Of a DNA stretch of 64,000 nt, positions 51,573-61,386 are shown one piece after another. The notes under the pieces are model-generated. The model was not told the DNA's origin and made no database searches. It saw nothing but the letters and a program-made list of their open reading frames with translations. Where the stretch lies: the NCBI GenBank assembly GCA_965248535.1, contig CBDFJR010000002.1, positions 2,176,001 to 2,240,000 of the forward strand, given 5' to 3'. The stretch is from Phormidesmis sp. (GTDB taxonomy: Bacteria > Cyanobacteriota > Cyanobacteriia > Leptolyngbyales > Leptolyngbyaceae). The position numbers and the translations under genes are program-made. Numbering within the stretch: position 1 is the stretch's first letter; every line of letters starts with the position of its first letter.

Positions 51573-51747
51573 GGTCGGCGATCGCTTCGAGTGACCCGCA
51601 AGGAATCGCACTAAAATCGAGTGCAGCACTCACAGCGCGGACAATGCTAGAGCGATCGCCACAATAGTCAGGCGGTCTTCAGTCTCAGTGGCAAGAGAGT
51701 CCGATCTTGACAGGCTATGATAGAGGCAAAGTCTTGATCAGTCTGCT

Positions 51748-52038
51748 ATGCAAACCCTTACTGATATTGGTACGCTGATTATCCAAACGCCCGCAGTCTG
51801 CGGTGGTCGTCCGCGTATTGCTGGACATCGAACTACTGTGCAAAATATTGCGATCGACTTCAATGCCGGGATGAAACCAGAAGACATTATTTCTGAGAAG
51901 CCATACCTAACATTGGCTGAAGTTTATGCAGCATTAGCCTACTACTACGCTAATCAGAAGACGATCGATGCAGATATTATGAGCGATGATGCAGCGTTCG
52001 ACCCTTTGGAAGCTGAACACAGGGCACAGAGGCAGTGA
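51748..52038 (+). CDS. DUF433 antitoxin-like protein
   Basis: P.VCGGRPRIAG.R..V, YAALAYY. Confidence 0.88.
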   Translation: MQTLTDIGTLIIQTPAVCGGRPRIAGHRTTVQNIAIDFNAGMKPEDIISEKPYLTLAEVYAALAYYYANQKTIDADIMSDDAAFDPLEAEHRAQRQ

Positions 52039-52406
52039 ACCAGATTCGTTTATACATCGATGAGGATAGCTTTAACAAATCCCTGATTGCCGCCTTCCGC
52101 AGCGCAGACATCGACGTGATCACGGTTGCGGATGTCAGTAAACAGAGTTGTTCTGATGAGGATCAGCTTACTTGGGCATCAGAAAACGAGCGAGCCATCT
52201 ACAGCTATAATCGACGAGATTTTTGCCGCTTGCATGGAGAATTCCTGTCAACAAAGCACAATCACGCAGGAATTATTGTACTGCGGCAATAACGTTACTC
52301 AGTGGGACAACAGCTAAGAGGAATACTGACACTAATAGATATCCGAACAGCAAAAGATATGGTGAATCAATTGGTGTTCCTGAGTGCCTATATTGATAGT
52401 AATTAG
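52035..52406 (+). pseudogene. DUF5615 PIN-like toxin with premature stop
   Basis: RLYIDED...SDEDQL..A....R..YSYN..DF...HAGII; TAA at 52290 followed by in-frame RYSVGQQLRG...NQLVFL to TAG 52406. Confidence 0.82.
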
Positions 52407-52440
52407 AGATTCCTAATTTTCTTATTCCATAGTTATTTGA

Positions 52441-53562
52441 GTGATGGAATTTTCTGATCCGATCGTGCCCTCCGATTCCAATCGTCAAGAAATGGCATCT
52501 AAACCTACGTCTCTGCTCAAGCGGCACTCACCGTTATCGTCTTCTGACTATCAGCGCCAAGTTTTAGCGGCGATCGCTCTAGCAAAAACGCCCCACGACG
52601 GGGACTTTTCCCAGACGCTGGCTGCAAATGATTGGCAAAAACTCACGCCTGGCAAGTTAGAAATTTTTCAGATCAACATTGGCAAATTGTGCAATATGAG
52701 TTGTCGTCATTGTCATGTGGATGCAGGCCCCGATCGCACTCAAGAAAACATGAACCGCGAGACGATCGACCTGTGTTTACGCGCCCTTGACCTGACTGAA
52801 GCCCACACGGTGGATATCACGGGAGGCGCACCAGAGCTAAACCCTCATTTTCGCTATCTGGTTGATCAGTGTGTAGAGCGCGGAAAACACATCATCGATC
52901 GCTGCAATCTCACTGTTTTGCTGCTGCCTGGGATGGAAGATTTGCCCCAGTGGTTTGGCGATCGTGGAGTCGAAATCGTCTGCTCTCTGCCTCACTATCG
53001 CCAGCGCAACACCGATGCTCAACGCGGCGACGGCACCTTTGAGAAGTCGATCGAGGCTCTGCACCGCCTCAACGCGGTTGGCTATGGACAGGGAAACCCC
53101 GATCGTCAGTTAACGCTGATGAGCAATCCGGTGGGGGCATTTTTGGCCAGTGGTCAGACCAAGCTAGAAGCCGAATGGAAAGCCGGACTGCAAAAAAACT
53201 ACGGAATTCGCTTCGATCGTTTGATCACGCTCAACAATATGCCGATCTCTCGCTATCTCGAATGGCTAGAGCAGTCGGGCAACTTGCAGGAGTATATGGA
53301 ATTGTTGGTTAATTCCTTCAATCCGGCGACTGTCAATGGTTTGATGTGTCGCAACACGATCTCGATCGCCTGGGATGGACGGCTCTATGACTGCGACTTT
53401 AATCAAATGCTGGAATTGGACTGTCAGGGAGTTGCGACTCAACCGATGCACCTGCGAGACTTTGATCCCATCCAGCTAGCAACGCGGGAGATTGTCACCG
53501 ATCGCCACTGTTTTGGCTGCACCGCCGGGGCCGGAAGTTCTTGCGGAGGAGCGTTAGATTAA
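52441..53562 (+). CDS. arsS: Arsenosugar biosynthesis radical SAM protein
   Basis: CNMSCRHC, DITGGAPE, GLMCR, YDCDFNQML, HCFGCTAGAGSSCGG. Confidence 0.85.
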   Translation: MMEFSDPIVPSDSNRQEMASKPTSLLKRHSPLSSSDYQRQVLAAIALAKTPHDGDFSQTLAANDWQKLTPGKLEIFQINIGKLCNMSCRHCHVDAGPDRTQENMNRETIDLCLRALDLTEAHTVDITGGAPELNPHFRYLVDQCVERGKHIIDRCNLTVLLLPGMEDLPQWFGDRGVEIVCSLPHYRQRNTDAQRGDGTFEKSIEALHRLNAVGYGQGNPDRQLTLMSNPVGAFLASGQTKLEAEWKAGLQKNYGIRFDRLITLNNMPISRYLEWLEQSGNLQEYMELLVNSFNPATVNGLMCRNTISIAWDGRLYDCDFNQMLELDCQGVATQPMHLRDFDPIQLATREIVTDRHCFGCTAGAGSSCGGALD

Positions 53563-53589
53563 GACTTAAATCTCTTATTTTCGTCGCCT

Positions 53590-54939
53590 ATGTTGCCCGA
53601 AACGCTTAAACTTCGTCGCCAAAAACTTGCTGATTTGATCGATGTGCCTGTGATTCTCTGGTCTGGGGGCCCCGCTTCGCGCAACTTTCCGGCTAACGTC
53701 TTTCCCTTTCGGGCCAGCAGTCATTTTCTTTATTTTGCGGGCTTGCCTTTAGAGAATGCGGCGATTCGCTTAGAGTCGGGCAGGTTGACGCTGTTTTTAG
53801 ACGAGTCCAGCCCAGCCAGCGCGCTTTGGCACGGCGCATCTCCCACGCGAGCCGAAATCGCTGCCCAGATCGGTGCAGATGAGGCTTATCCGCGATCGGC
53901 ACTCAAAGATCAGGCGCTGGGGGCAGCAACGGTGGCAGTTCAAGATAGTCTGACCCGATCGGAACAGGCCCGGTTGCTCGATCGTCCAATTTCTAACGAT
54001 CCAAAAGGCATTGATTTAAAGCTGACTACCGCGATCGTGGCGTTGCGATTAATTCACGACGAGGCGGCTCTAGCAGAAATTCGCAAAGCAGCGGCGGTCA
54101 CGGTCAAAGCTCATCAAGCTGGAATGGCAGCTACGCCCAGCGCCACCGTTGAAGCCGACGTGAGGGCGGCCATGGAGAGCGTCATTATAGCGAATGGCAT
54201 GACCTGCGCCTATGGCAGCATTGTTACCGTTCACGGCGAAGTGTTGCATAACGATCGCTATCATCATCCTCTGCGCTCAACCGATTTGCTGTTAGCCGAT
54301 GTCGGGGCTGAAACCCCCACAGGCTGGGCATCTGACGTGACACGAACTTGGGCAACGTCGGGCAAATTCTCTCCGACGCAGCGCGACTTATACAATGTTG
54401 TTCTCGCTGCCCACGATGCCTGCATTGCAGCCCTTCGCCCCGGCGTGGAGTATCGGGAGATTCACCTGTTGGCGAGTCACACGATCGCCGCCGGGCTGGT
54501 CGATTTAGGAATTTTGCGTGGTCAACCTGCCGATCTGGTCGAACAAGATGCCCATGCGCTGTTCTTTCCCCACGGAGTCGGGCATCTTTTGGGGCTAGAT
54601 GTCCACGATATGGAAGATTTGGGCGACCTGGCAGGCTATGCCCCCGGCAGAACTCGCAGCCCGCGATTTGGGCTAGGCTATCTGCGGCTCGATCGACCCT
54701 TGCAGACTGGGATGGTGGTAACGATCGAGCCAGGGTTCTATCAGGTTCCTGCCATTTTGCAAGACTCAGAGCGCCGTGAAACCTATCGCGATGTCGTCAA
54801 CTGGGATCGGTTGGCAGATTTCAGCGACGTGCGCGGCATTCGGATCGAAGATGATGTGCTCATAACAGAAACTGGCTCAGAGGTTTTGACGGCAGCGCTA
54901 CCCACGAGTGTGGAGGCGATCGAACACTTCGTCAGGTAA
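53590..54939 (+). CDS. Xaa-Pro aminopeptidase (M24B)
   Basis: LADVG, ASDVTRT, HGVGH.LGLDVHD, TIEPG, GIRIEDD. Confidence 0.92.
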   Translation: MLPETLKLRRQKLADLIDVPVILWSGGPASRNFPANVFPFRASSHFLYFAGLPLENAAIRLESGRLTLFLDESSPASALWHGASPTRAEIAAQIGADEAYPRSALKDQALGAATVAVQDSLTRSEQARLLDRPISNDPKGIDLKLTTAIVALRLIHDEAALAEIRKAAAVTVKAHQAGMAATPSATVEADVRAAMESVIIANGMTCAYGSIVTVHGEVLHNDRYHHPLRSTDLLLADVGAETPTGWASDVTRTWATSGKFSPTQRDLYNVVLAAHDACIAALRPGVEYREIHLLASHTIAAGLVDLGILRGQPADLVEQDAHALFFPHGVGHLLGLDVHDMEDLGDLAGYAPGRTRSPRFGLGYLRLDRPLQTGMVVTIEPGFYQVPAILQDSERRETYRDVVNWDRLADFSDVRGIRIEDDVLITETGSEVLTAALPTSVEAIEHFVR

Positions 54940-55091
54940 ATGCTCTGTAATTTTGGAAGGAGCGGGTGCGATCGTGGCAGACGGCAAGGAAACCTCCTTC
55001 GCTCCAATGATTTGTTAGCCTGCTTCGTTTTGGATGGTGGTCATTTGAAAGTAGCGTTCGCTAAAATCGTAGTTTTCAAGCAGGGGGTTCA

Positions 55092-55148
55092 ATGCTGAAG
55101 TTCTACTGCAATCCGGTCTCTGCAAATGTGCGTCGAGTCTGGGTCTGA
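55092..55148 (+). pseudogene. N-terminal remnant of a glutathione S-transferase
   Basis: RBS-like AGGGGG, MLKFYCNPVSANVRRVWV*. Confidence 0.45.
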
Positions 55149-55191
55149 TATTTTTCCTATTGCATCCGTCTCTCTTTGCATCGAAACCCTG

Positions 55192-55220
55192 GTAGGGCAA
55201 GCATCTAAACATTGCCCTAC
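55192..55220. repeat. GTAG...CTAC stem-loop (REP-like)
   Basis: GTAGGGCAA-GCATCTAAACA-TTGCCCTAC. Confidence 0.55.
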
Positions 55221-55229
55221 ATCAGTCTT

Positions 55230-55626
55230 GTGAACTACCTACACCAACCGCTAGGCGGTATGCTGTAGGCTTCCCAATTCATCGGGAAGCGCCTCTAGAA
55301 CTCCGTAATTCCGTTGGTCTTACCTTCCCTCCAAGGGCAGCAGTCCTGGTTCCCAAGACCCAATCTTTTAAACAGTCATGACTAGCTGCTTCGACCGCTT
55401 GGTTTTCACGATCCTGATTGCTTGGTTTTTGCAATCTTCGCAGCGTTGATGTTGCTTTGCCGAAAGTATATCAGAACGAACGCTTCGTTTGTAAAAGTTT
55501 GGTGATGTCTTGCCTGCCTTGCTTGCTCTCCAGCTTCGGTGAAGACCGCAAACAAGACGGCAAGACATCACCCTGGCTTTCATCCCACACCAAACGAAAC
55601 GTTATGGCGTGGGGATTCCCGCCGAA
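55230..55626 (-). mobile_element. Non-autonomous IS200/IS605 (TnpB-type) derivative
   Basis: Minus strand: left-end hairpin CCCCACGCCA...TGGTGTGGGA, tnpB-tail-like GTRTAALGGKVRP, right end ...CCTACA...TGTAGGTAGTTCAC; no transposase ORF. Confidence 0.7.
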
Positions 55627-55637
55627 CTAGCTAAGGG

Positions 55638-56603
55638 CTATCGAACGGCAGCAGAAATCTCATCAAGAATTTCTTTTGCGCCTTTCTCAATCAGTTGATG
55701 AGCCAGTTGAGTGCCTAACGCTTCAGCCTCAGCAGCCGTTCCCGAAACCTCACCTTTGACGACTTTTTGCCCGTCTACACTCGCTACAATTCCAGTTAGC
55801 GTCAGCGTGTCGGCATTGAGAACAGTGTTGACCCCGATCGGAACCTGACATCCCCCTTCGAGTTCTCTTAAAAAGGCCCGTTCTGCATAGCAGCGATAGG
55901 CTGTCGGCCGATGCTCTAGGGCTTTGATCACCGATAGAATCTCGGCATCGTCGCTGCGGCACTCAATGCCTAATGCACCTTGCCCAACGGCATGAAGCGA
56001 GATCTCAGCCGGAATGACTTGATCGACGCGATCGCCCAACCCTAATCGCTCCAAGCCCGCCACCGCCAGAATCAGCGCGTCATATTCCCCCGCGTCTAAC
56101 TTTGCCAGCCGAGTAATCACATTGCCGCGCACATCTTTAAACGCAAAGTGCGGGAAGTGATGACGAAGCTGCGCCAATCGTCTGAGCGAAGAAGTCCCGA
56201 TCACAGCCCCTTCTGGCAGCGTGTCGAGTTGCTTGCCTTTGTGCTTTGCATTCACTACTAGCGCATCGGCGGGATTTTCTCGATCGGTGATGCACCCCAG
56301 CATCAGCCCTTCGGGTAGTCGCGTCGGCAGATCTTTGAGGGAGTGAACGGCAAAATCAATCTCTTGATTCAGCATCCCGACTTCTAATTCTTTGGTAAAC
56401 AGTCCTTTGTCGCCAATCTTGGCCAACGCGACATCTAGGATTTTGTCACCCTGAGTGCTCATCGTGTGAACTTCAAAGGTGCGATCGGGAAACGCTTTTT
56501 GCAACTCTGCCTGCACCCAATGGGTTTGCACAAGCGCAAGCTGACTTTTGCGAGAACCGATGCGAATCGTGCGGCTAGAAACGGGTGAGGTGGTGAGAGA
56601 CAT
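55638..56603 (-). CDS. hemC: Hydroxymethylbilane synthase (porphobilinogen deaminase)
   Basis: [46 protein letters not shown]. Confidence 0.97.
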   Translation of the reverse strand: MSLTTSPVSSRTIRIGSRKSQLALVQTHWVQAELQKAFPDRTFEVHTMSTQGDKILDVALAKIGDKGLFTKELEVGMLNQEIDFAVHSLKDLPTRLPEGLMLGCITDRENPADALVVNAKHKGKQLDTLPEGAVIGTSSLRRLAQLRHHFPHFAFKDVRGNVITRLAKLDAGEYDALILAVAGLERLGLGDRVDQVIPAEISLHAVGQGALGIECRSDDAEILSVIKALEHRPTAYRCYAERAFLRELEGGCQVPIGVNTVLNADTLTLTGIVASVDGQKVVKGEVSGTAAEAEALGTQLAHQLIEKGAKEILDEISAAVR

Positions 56604-56717
56604 ATCAACGAATGGTTTGAAACTGGCTTTCATTTTGACTCTTTCCACCTTACCGCAGTGTGTTGCCCCGATCGTCAGCGTCTCGCGATCGCAATCGTTA
56701 CAGATAGTTAAGCTGGG

Positions 56718-57668
56718 CTATGACCCGACGTGCAAAACGGCTTTGCCGAGAAACTGGCGATCGATGAGTTGTTGGGCCACGGTGGCGATCTCTGTCCACG
56801 AAGCCTCGATCGAGATATGCGGCTTTAGCTGCTCGGCGGCGATCAAATTCAGCAATCGCTGTAGCCCGATCGTGGCTGATTCATGGCGCAACTCGTGGAA
56901 CAACATCAGCCCATAGAGTTTTGCCCCGTTGCTGACTCCATAAAAGCGCTGGGCGTTGAAGGTGACTTCGTTGCCGCCAGAGGTGCCAAACAGCACAACC
57001 GTCCCATCTTCAGCGACAGAACTCAGAGCCGCTGAAAGCGTTTTTCCGCCCACGGATTCCACAATCAAATCATAGGCAGCGGGGTCACGATCGAGGGGAA
57101 GCGATTCGCCGAGGACGATCGTGTGTGCGCCTGCGGCTTTGACCAGCGCCTCAGCCTCTGGTTGACGAATGTGGGCGGTCACCGTTGCCCCAGACAGCCG
57201 CGCTAGTTGAATGGCAAAATGACCCACACCGCCCGATGCGCCCGTGATCAAGACTGATTTTCCGAGCAGTAGACCACCCTGCTTGAGCGCGTGATAAGCC
57301 GTTAGCCCGGCGACGGGTAAGGTTGAGGCTTGGGCAAACGAAACCGATTCTGGAAGCGGCGCGATCGCGTTGACGGGCACTGCCACCACCTCGCCCCAGG
57401 CACCCGATCTGACAAATCCCACGACTCGCGTTCCGGCTTTGGGGCTTGACCCGTCTGCTGCCTCAGTTTCGATAGTGCCTGCCAGATCCCAACCGGGTTG
57501 CCACCCGGCCTCTGCGGTCTGCGATCGCCGAATCTCACCGCGATTGAGAGAGATCGCTGCAACCCGAATCAGGGCTTGATCGGGTGCCGGGGTGGGCGAG
57601 TCAACGCTGCTCAGGGCCAGCCGTCCCGATATCGTAGGATCAACGACGATCGCTTGAATTTTGCTCAT
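56718..57668 (-). CDS. MDR-family (quinone oxidoreductase-like) dehydrogenase
   Basis: PGWDLAG, LPVAGLTA, ITGASGGVG. Confidence 0.88.
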   Translation of the reverse strand: MSKIQAIVVDPTISGRLALSSVDSPTPAPDQALIRVAAISLNRGEIRRSQTAEAGWQPGWDLAGTIETEAADGSSPKAGTRVVGFVRSGAWGEVVAVPVNAIAPLPESVSFAQASTLPVAGLTAYHALKQGGLLLGKSVLITGASGGVGHFAIQLARLSGATVTAHIRQPEAEALVKAAGAHTIVLGESLPLDRDPAAYDLIVESVGGKTLSAALSSVAEDGTVVLFGTSGGNEVTFNAQRFYGVSNGAKLYGLMLFHELRHESATIGLQRLLNLIAAEQLKPHISIEASWTEIATVAQQLIDRQFLGKAVLHVGS

Positions 57669-57889
57669 AATGACTTCTCTGATGAGGGGGCTAGAGTTAA
57701 AGATTGGCGAATGCCAGATCGATCACTTTAGTAATATAAATTAAAATATTGACAGAGCACGATCGCCAACACCTCGTTAAACAAACCACACGTCTGTAGC
57801 AAATAGATCTCTGATAGGATCTAATCAGACTTCACAGCAGACAGGATTTGGTTTAATCTCTGTCTGCTTCAACAGGCTGACGTGCGCTA

Positions 57890-58993
57890 ATGCTACATCC
57901 CATTCAACCCGCTGCTCTTAAAAAGAATTGCTTGCCGCCGCCTCTCCAGCCAGGGCTTGCTTTAACTGCGCTTGCGCCCATGCAAGATGTGACCGATCTA
58001 TTTTTCATGAGTGTGATCGATCACTACGGCAGTCCCGATTATTTTTTTACTGAATATTTTCGCGTCTATGACAACTCAGGGTTAGACAAAAAGACGCTGC
58101 GATCGATTACCGAAAACTCCACCGACCGTCCTATTTTTGCTCAACTGATCGGCGAGAATATTCCCAATCTGGTGCGGGTTGCTCAAGCGCTGAGTCACTA
58201 CCCGATCGCGGGCATCGACCTAAATATGGGCTGTCCGGCACCTCGGATTTATCGCAAAAACGTCGGCGGCGGGCTGCTGCGCGATCCTGAGAAGGTGTAT
58301 CGGATTTTAAGCGAACTGCGCGAAGCCGTTTCTGGACGATTGACCGTTAAAATGCGGATTGGGTTTGACGACACTGCCAACTTCGATCGCATTCTCAATT
58401 TAATTAACGAATGCGATATCGATCTATTGAGCCTGCATGGTCGCACCGTTAAAGAAATGTATCACAGCGCCGTACATTACGATTTAATTGCTCATGCAGT
58501 GCAGCGAGTCAATTGTCCTGTTTTAGCCAATGGTAATGTGACTTCTGCCGCGTCAGCGTTGACTGTTTTATCTAAGACAAAAGCCGCAGGCGTGATGGTC
58601 GGCCGGGCAGCCATTCGCAACCCCTGGATTTTTAAGCAAATTCGTCAAGCCCTGAGCGGTCAACCCGTTTCGGTGGTCACGCTGGCTGAAGTTCACGATT
58701 ATATTGAGCGATTGCGACAAACGACAACCGCGCAAACCGTTCCTGAGCGGGCGCGAGTGAGTTATCTCAAACTGTATCTCAACTACATCGCTCAGGGTGT
58801 AGATTCGGCCGGGGCTTTTCAGCGAGAAATGCGGCTTGCCAAAACTGAACCAGAGTTATTTGGAGTTTGCGATCGCCACCTGTTGAGCAACCCAGACCGA
58901 GCCTTTGCGTCAGAGCCTTATCTGGGTGTGGTGGCACGCCCTAACTGCGAGACGACCCGCGACCCAATTGTTCAAATTATAAGCGTCATTTAG
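57890..58993 (+). CDS. tRNA-dihydrouridine synthase family protein
   Basis: LAPMQDVT, IDLNMGCP, VKMRIG, LHGRT, ANGNV, VMVGR. Confidence 0.88.
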   Translation: MLHPIQPAALKKNCLPPPLQPGLALTALAPMQDVTDLFFMSVIDHYGSPDYFFTEYFRVYDNSGLDKKTLRSITENSTDRPIFAQLIGENIPNLVRVAQALSHYPIAGIDLNMGCPAPRIYRKNVGGGLLRDPEKVYRILSELREAVSGRLTVKMRIGFDDTANFDRILNLINECDIDLLSLHGRTVKEMYHSAVHYDLIAHAVQRVNCPVLANGNVTSAASALTVLSKTKAAGVMVGRAAIRNPWIFKQIRQALSGQPVSVVTLAEVHDYIERLRQTTTAQTVPERARVSYLKLYLNYIAQGVDSAGAFQREMRLAKTEPELFGVCDRHLLSNPDRAFASEPYLGVVARPNCETTRDPIVQIISVI

Positions 58994-59173
58994 CGATCGC
59001 TCTCCCATTTTTTCATCGACAGCCACAGCGCTTAACGAGAATTCTGGCAACCTATCAAAAGGATGAAACCCTTGACTGATATGAAGCCAAAGAACTTCTG
59101 TCTAAGGAGCGGTTTGAACAGTGGGCTAAATCAAGTAGAACTAAAAGGTCAAATCCTATGGAGATTGTAGTCT

Positions 59174-59620
59174 ATGAAACTGAATTATTTTGTGAAACAG
59201 CTTTCGACGATCGGGCGTTGGCTGACGGCCGCTCTGTTTTGTGTATCAGCGATCGTGTTCATCTGGCAGGGTGCTTTTTTCTCAGACTCCGCAGCAGTAG
59301 CGGCTCCTGCACCTTTGATTGCGGCATCTGATGCAGGTAACCAGGTCAAGCAAAAAGCTCGTGAAGACGCTGGACAAACTAAGAACTTCATTCGAGATAC
59401 GGCCGATAAAGTTGAGAAGACTGCTAACAAAAACGCCGATCGGGTTGAGAATGCAGCAGACGGCAAAGGCAGTTTTGTTGAACGCAAAGCCAAACGAGAT
59501 GCAGCCCGCATTGAGAAAAGAGCAGAACAAGATGCAGCTCGAACTGAGAAGGCAGTAGACAAAACAAAGAATGCTGTCGAAGGCACCGTTGATAAAATCA
59601 AGAGTGCTTTTCGCAAATAA
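59174..59620 (+). CDS. Secreted/anchored LEA-like stress protein, hypothetical
   Basis: RBS GGAG, one TM, Ala/Lys/Asp-rich helical repeats. Confidence 0.65.
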   Translation: MKLNYFVKQLSTIGRWLTAALFCVSAIVFIWQGAFFSDSAAVAAPAPLIAASDAGNQVKQKAREDAGQTKNFIRDTADKVEKTANKNADRVENAADGKGSFVERKAKRDAARIEKRAEQDAARTEKAVDKTKNAVEGTVDKIKSAFRK

Positions 59621-59837
59621 ATGGTAAGCAGACGTTAATAGATTTCTGTACATTGTTTTATCGTTCGATCTAAATTCAGATGAATTCAATCTGATCTGAT
59701 GAAGCAATGTACACGAATCAGGTAGTTCAGATTTATAAAAGCAAATCTTATCAGTTTCGTCTATGGGCTAATGATTAATCTACTGACTAGATATTAAACA
59801 GTTCAATAAATACAAAAATAAATAAAAGTGTGATGAA

Positions 59838-60509
59838 ATGATCATTGTCCATCATTTAAATAATTCTCGTTCTCAACGCATTCTGTGGCTGCTAGAAGAA
59901 CTCGATCTAGACTATGACGTTAAACGCTATGAACGTGACCCCAAAACGATGCTAGCACCCGCATCGCTGCGGGCAGTGCATCCCCTAGGCAAGTCACCTG
60001 TGATTACAGATAGTGGGCTAACTCTGGCTGAGTCAGGTGCCATTGTTGAATATTTAGTCGATCGCTATGGCAACGGGCGACTGGCTCCAGCCTTGGGCAC
60101 CCCAGAGCGCCTGCGCTACACGTATTGGCTACACTATGCAGAAGGGTCTGCAATGCCGCCCTTATTGTTAAATCTTGTGTTTAACCAAGTCGAAAAGGGA
60201 TCAATGCCCTTTTTTGCAAAACCGATCGCTCGATCGATTGTGCGTCGCGTCAAAGAGTCATTTATCGAACCTCAAATTGCCCAGCATTTAGATTATCTAG
60301 AGACAGAAATCAGCAAAACCTCATGGTTCGTGGGCAACGAATTCACTGCGGCTGATATTCAAATGAGCTTTCCGCTAGAGGCAGCGGCTACGCGGGCGGG
60401 CTTAGATGCAAGCCGGCCTCATCTGATGGGCTTTCTCGATCGCATTCATGCACGTCCGGCTTATGCGCGGGCGCTGCAACGCGGTGGCCCCTACGAGCTT
60501 TTGAGTTAA
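59838..60509 (+). CDS. Glutathione S-transferase
   Basis: HHLNNSRSQRILW.LEEL, HPLGKSPV, ESGAI, TAADI. Confidence 0.92.
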   Translation: MIIVHHLNNSRSQRILWLLEELDLDYDVKRYERDPKTMLAPASLRAVHPLGKSPVITDSGLTLAESGAIVEYLVDRYGNGRLAPALGTPERLRYTYWLHYAEGSAMPPLLLNLVFNQVEKGSMPFFAKPIARSIVRRVKESFIEPQIAQHLDYLETEISKTSWFVGNEFTAADIQMSFPLEAAATRAGLDASRPHLMGFLDRIHARPAYARALQRGGPYELLS

Positions 60510-60674
60510 CGCGATCGGTTGCTAGTTCAGCAATCAATAGAAAAACACGGTAACGTCGAGGATATTGAGCGATGAGTGTCTAAAGGCAACTGCAAGATCA
60601 AAGTCGTCAGGCGATCCATAATAGAGTCACCCAATCGTTTTGTTAACGTTAGCCCGATCGTAGAGAAACCCTCA

Positions 60675-60935
60675 ATGGAACCATCAACCCTAGAAGGCAC
60701 CTGGGAAGAAATTCTTCAACACACTGCTCAACTCGCGGGGCAGCGCGTCAGAGTAACCATCTTGACCACCGAATTGTCAGAGCCTAAGAATTCCTCGCAA
60801 TCTTCTCAAAACTTGTCAGAGTTCTCTAGTCGGACAACTTCATCGTCTCATCAAGATCCCTTATCTAGATTCATTGGGGCTGTTTCCCACGGCGCTCTAG
60901 CTGCCAACTTGGACGATGAACTCTATGGTGGCTAA
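60675..60935 (+). CDS. Probable antitoxin
   Basis: LEGTWEEI......GQRVRVT, ends DPL..FIG......LDDELYG; overlaps PIN gene. Confidence 0.7.
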   Translation: MEPSTLEGTWEEILQHTAQLAGQRVRVTILTTELSEPKNSSQSSQNLSEFSSRTTSSSHQDPLSRFIGAVSHGALAANLDDELYGG

Positions 60936-61353
60936 ACTGTTTATCGACACTTGGGGCTGGCTCACGCTGCATGATCAAGGTGAACGAAAACACCAAGAAG
61001 CTAAACAAGTTTATCAATGTGCGATCGCTCAGAATAGCTGGGTCTACACAACTGATTACGTACTTGACGAAACCTTCACATTCTTTTTTAAGCGTCTGCC
61101 TGCTCCTCATGCAGATCAATCCATGAACGATCTATTGGCAAGCTTCCACACCAAAAATTTCCATCTCATTCGCATTACTCAAGAACGGTTTTCTCAAACC
61201 CAAGCTCTCCGTTCTAAGCTGCTCGACAAGCCTCAGATTTCATTCACCGATCTAAGATCTATGGTTGTGATGCAAGAGTTCTCAATCTTGGAAGTTTTAA
61301 CCGAAGACGCTCACTTTAGTCATGTTGGAATGGGGTTTCAACGGGTTCCATAA
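60925..61353 (+). CDS. VapC-family PIN toxin
   Basis: LFIDTWGW, TTDYVLDE, ISFTD, LTEDAHF. Confidence 0.85.
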   Translation: MVAKLFIDTWGWLTLHDQGERKHQEAKQVYQCAIAQNSWVYTTDYVLDETFTFFFKRLPAPHADQSMNDLLASFHTKNFHLIRITQERFSQTQALRSKLLDKPQISFTDLRSMVVMQEFSILEVLTEDAHFSHVGMGFQRVP

Positions 61354-61386
61354 AATAATCGCAATTATTTGAGCGATCGTGCCTCA

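Noticed and set aside
52441..53562. Selenocysteine recoding in arsS
   Set aside because: The C-terminal GSSCGG uses TGC (Cys); there is no in-frame TGA.
55368..55630. ORFs 55368-55583 and 55418-55630 as genes or transposase
   Set aside because: No HUH/Y1 or RuvC motifs; they run across the hairpins and promoter of the non-coding element.
59185..59707. Minus-strand ORFs of 143 and 141 aa
   Set aside because: Antisense to the LEA-like gene; no independent features.
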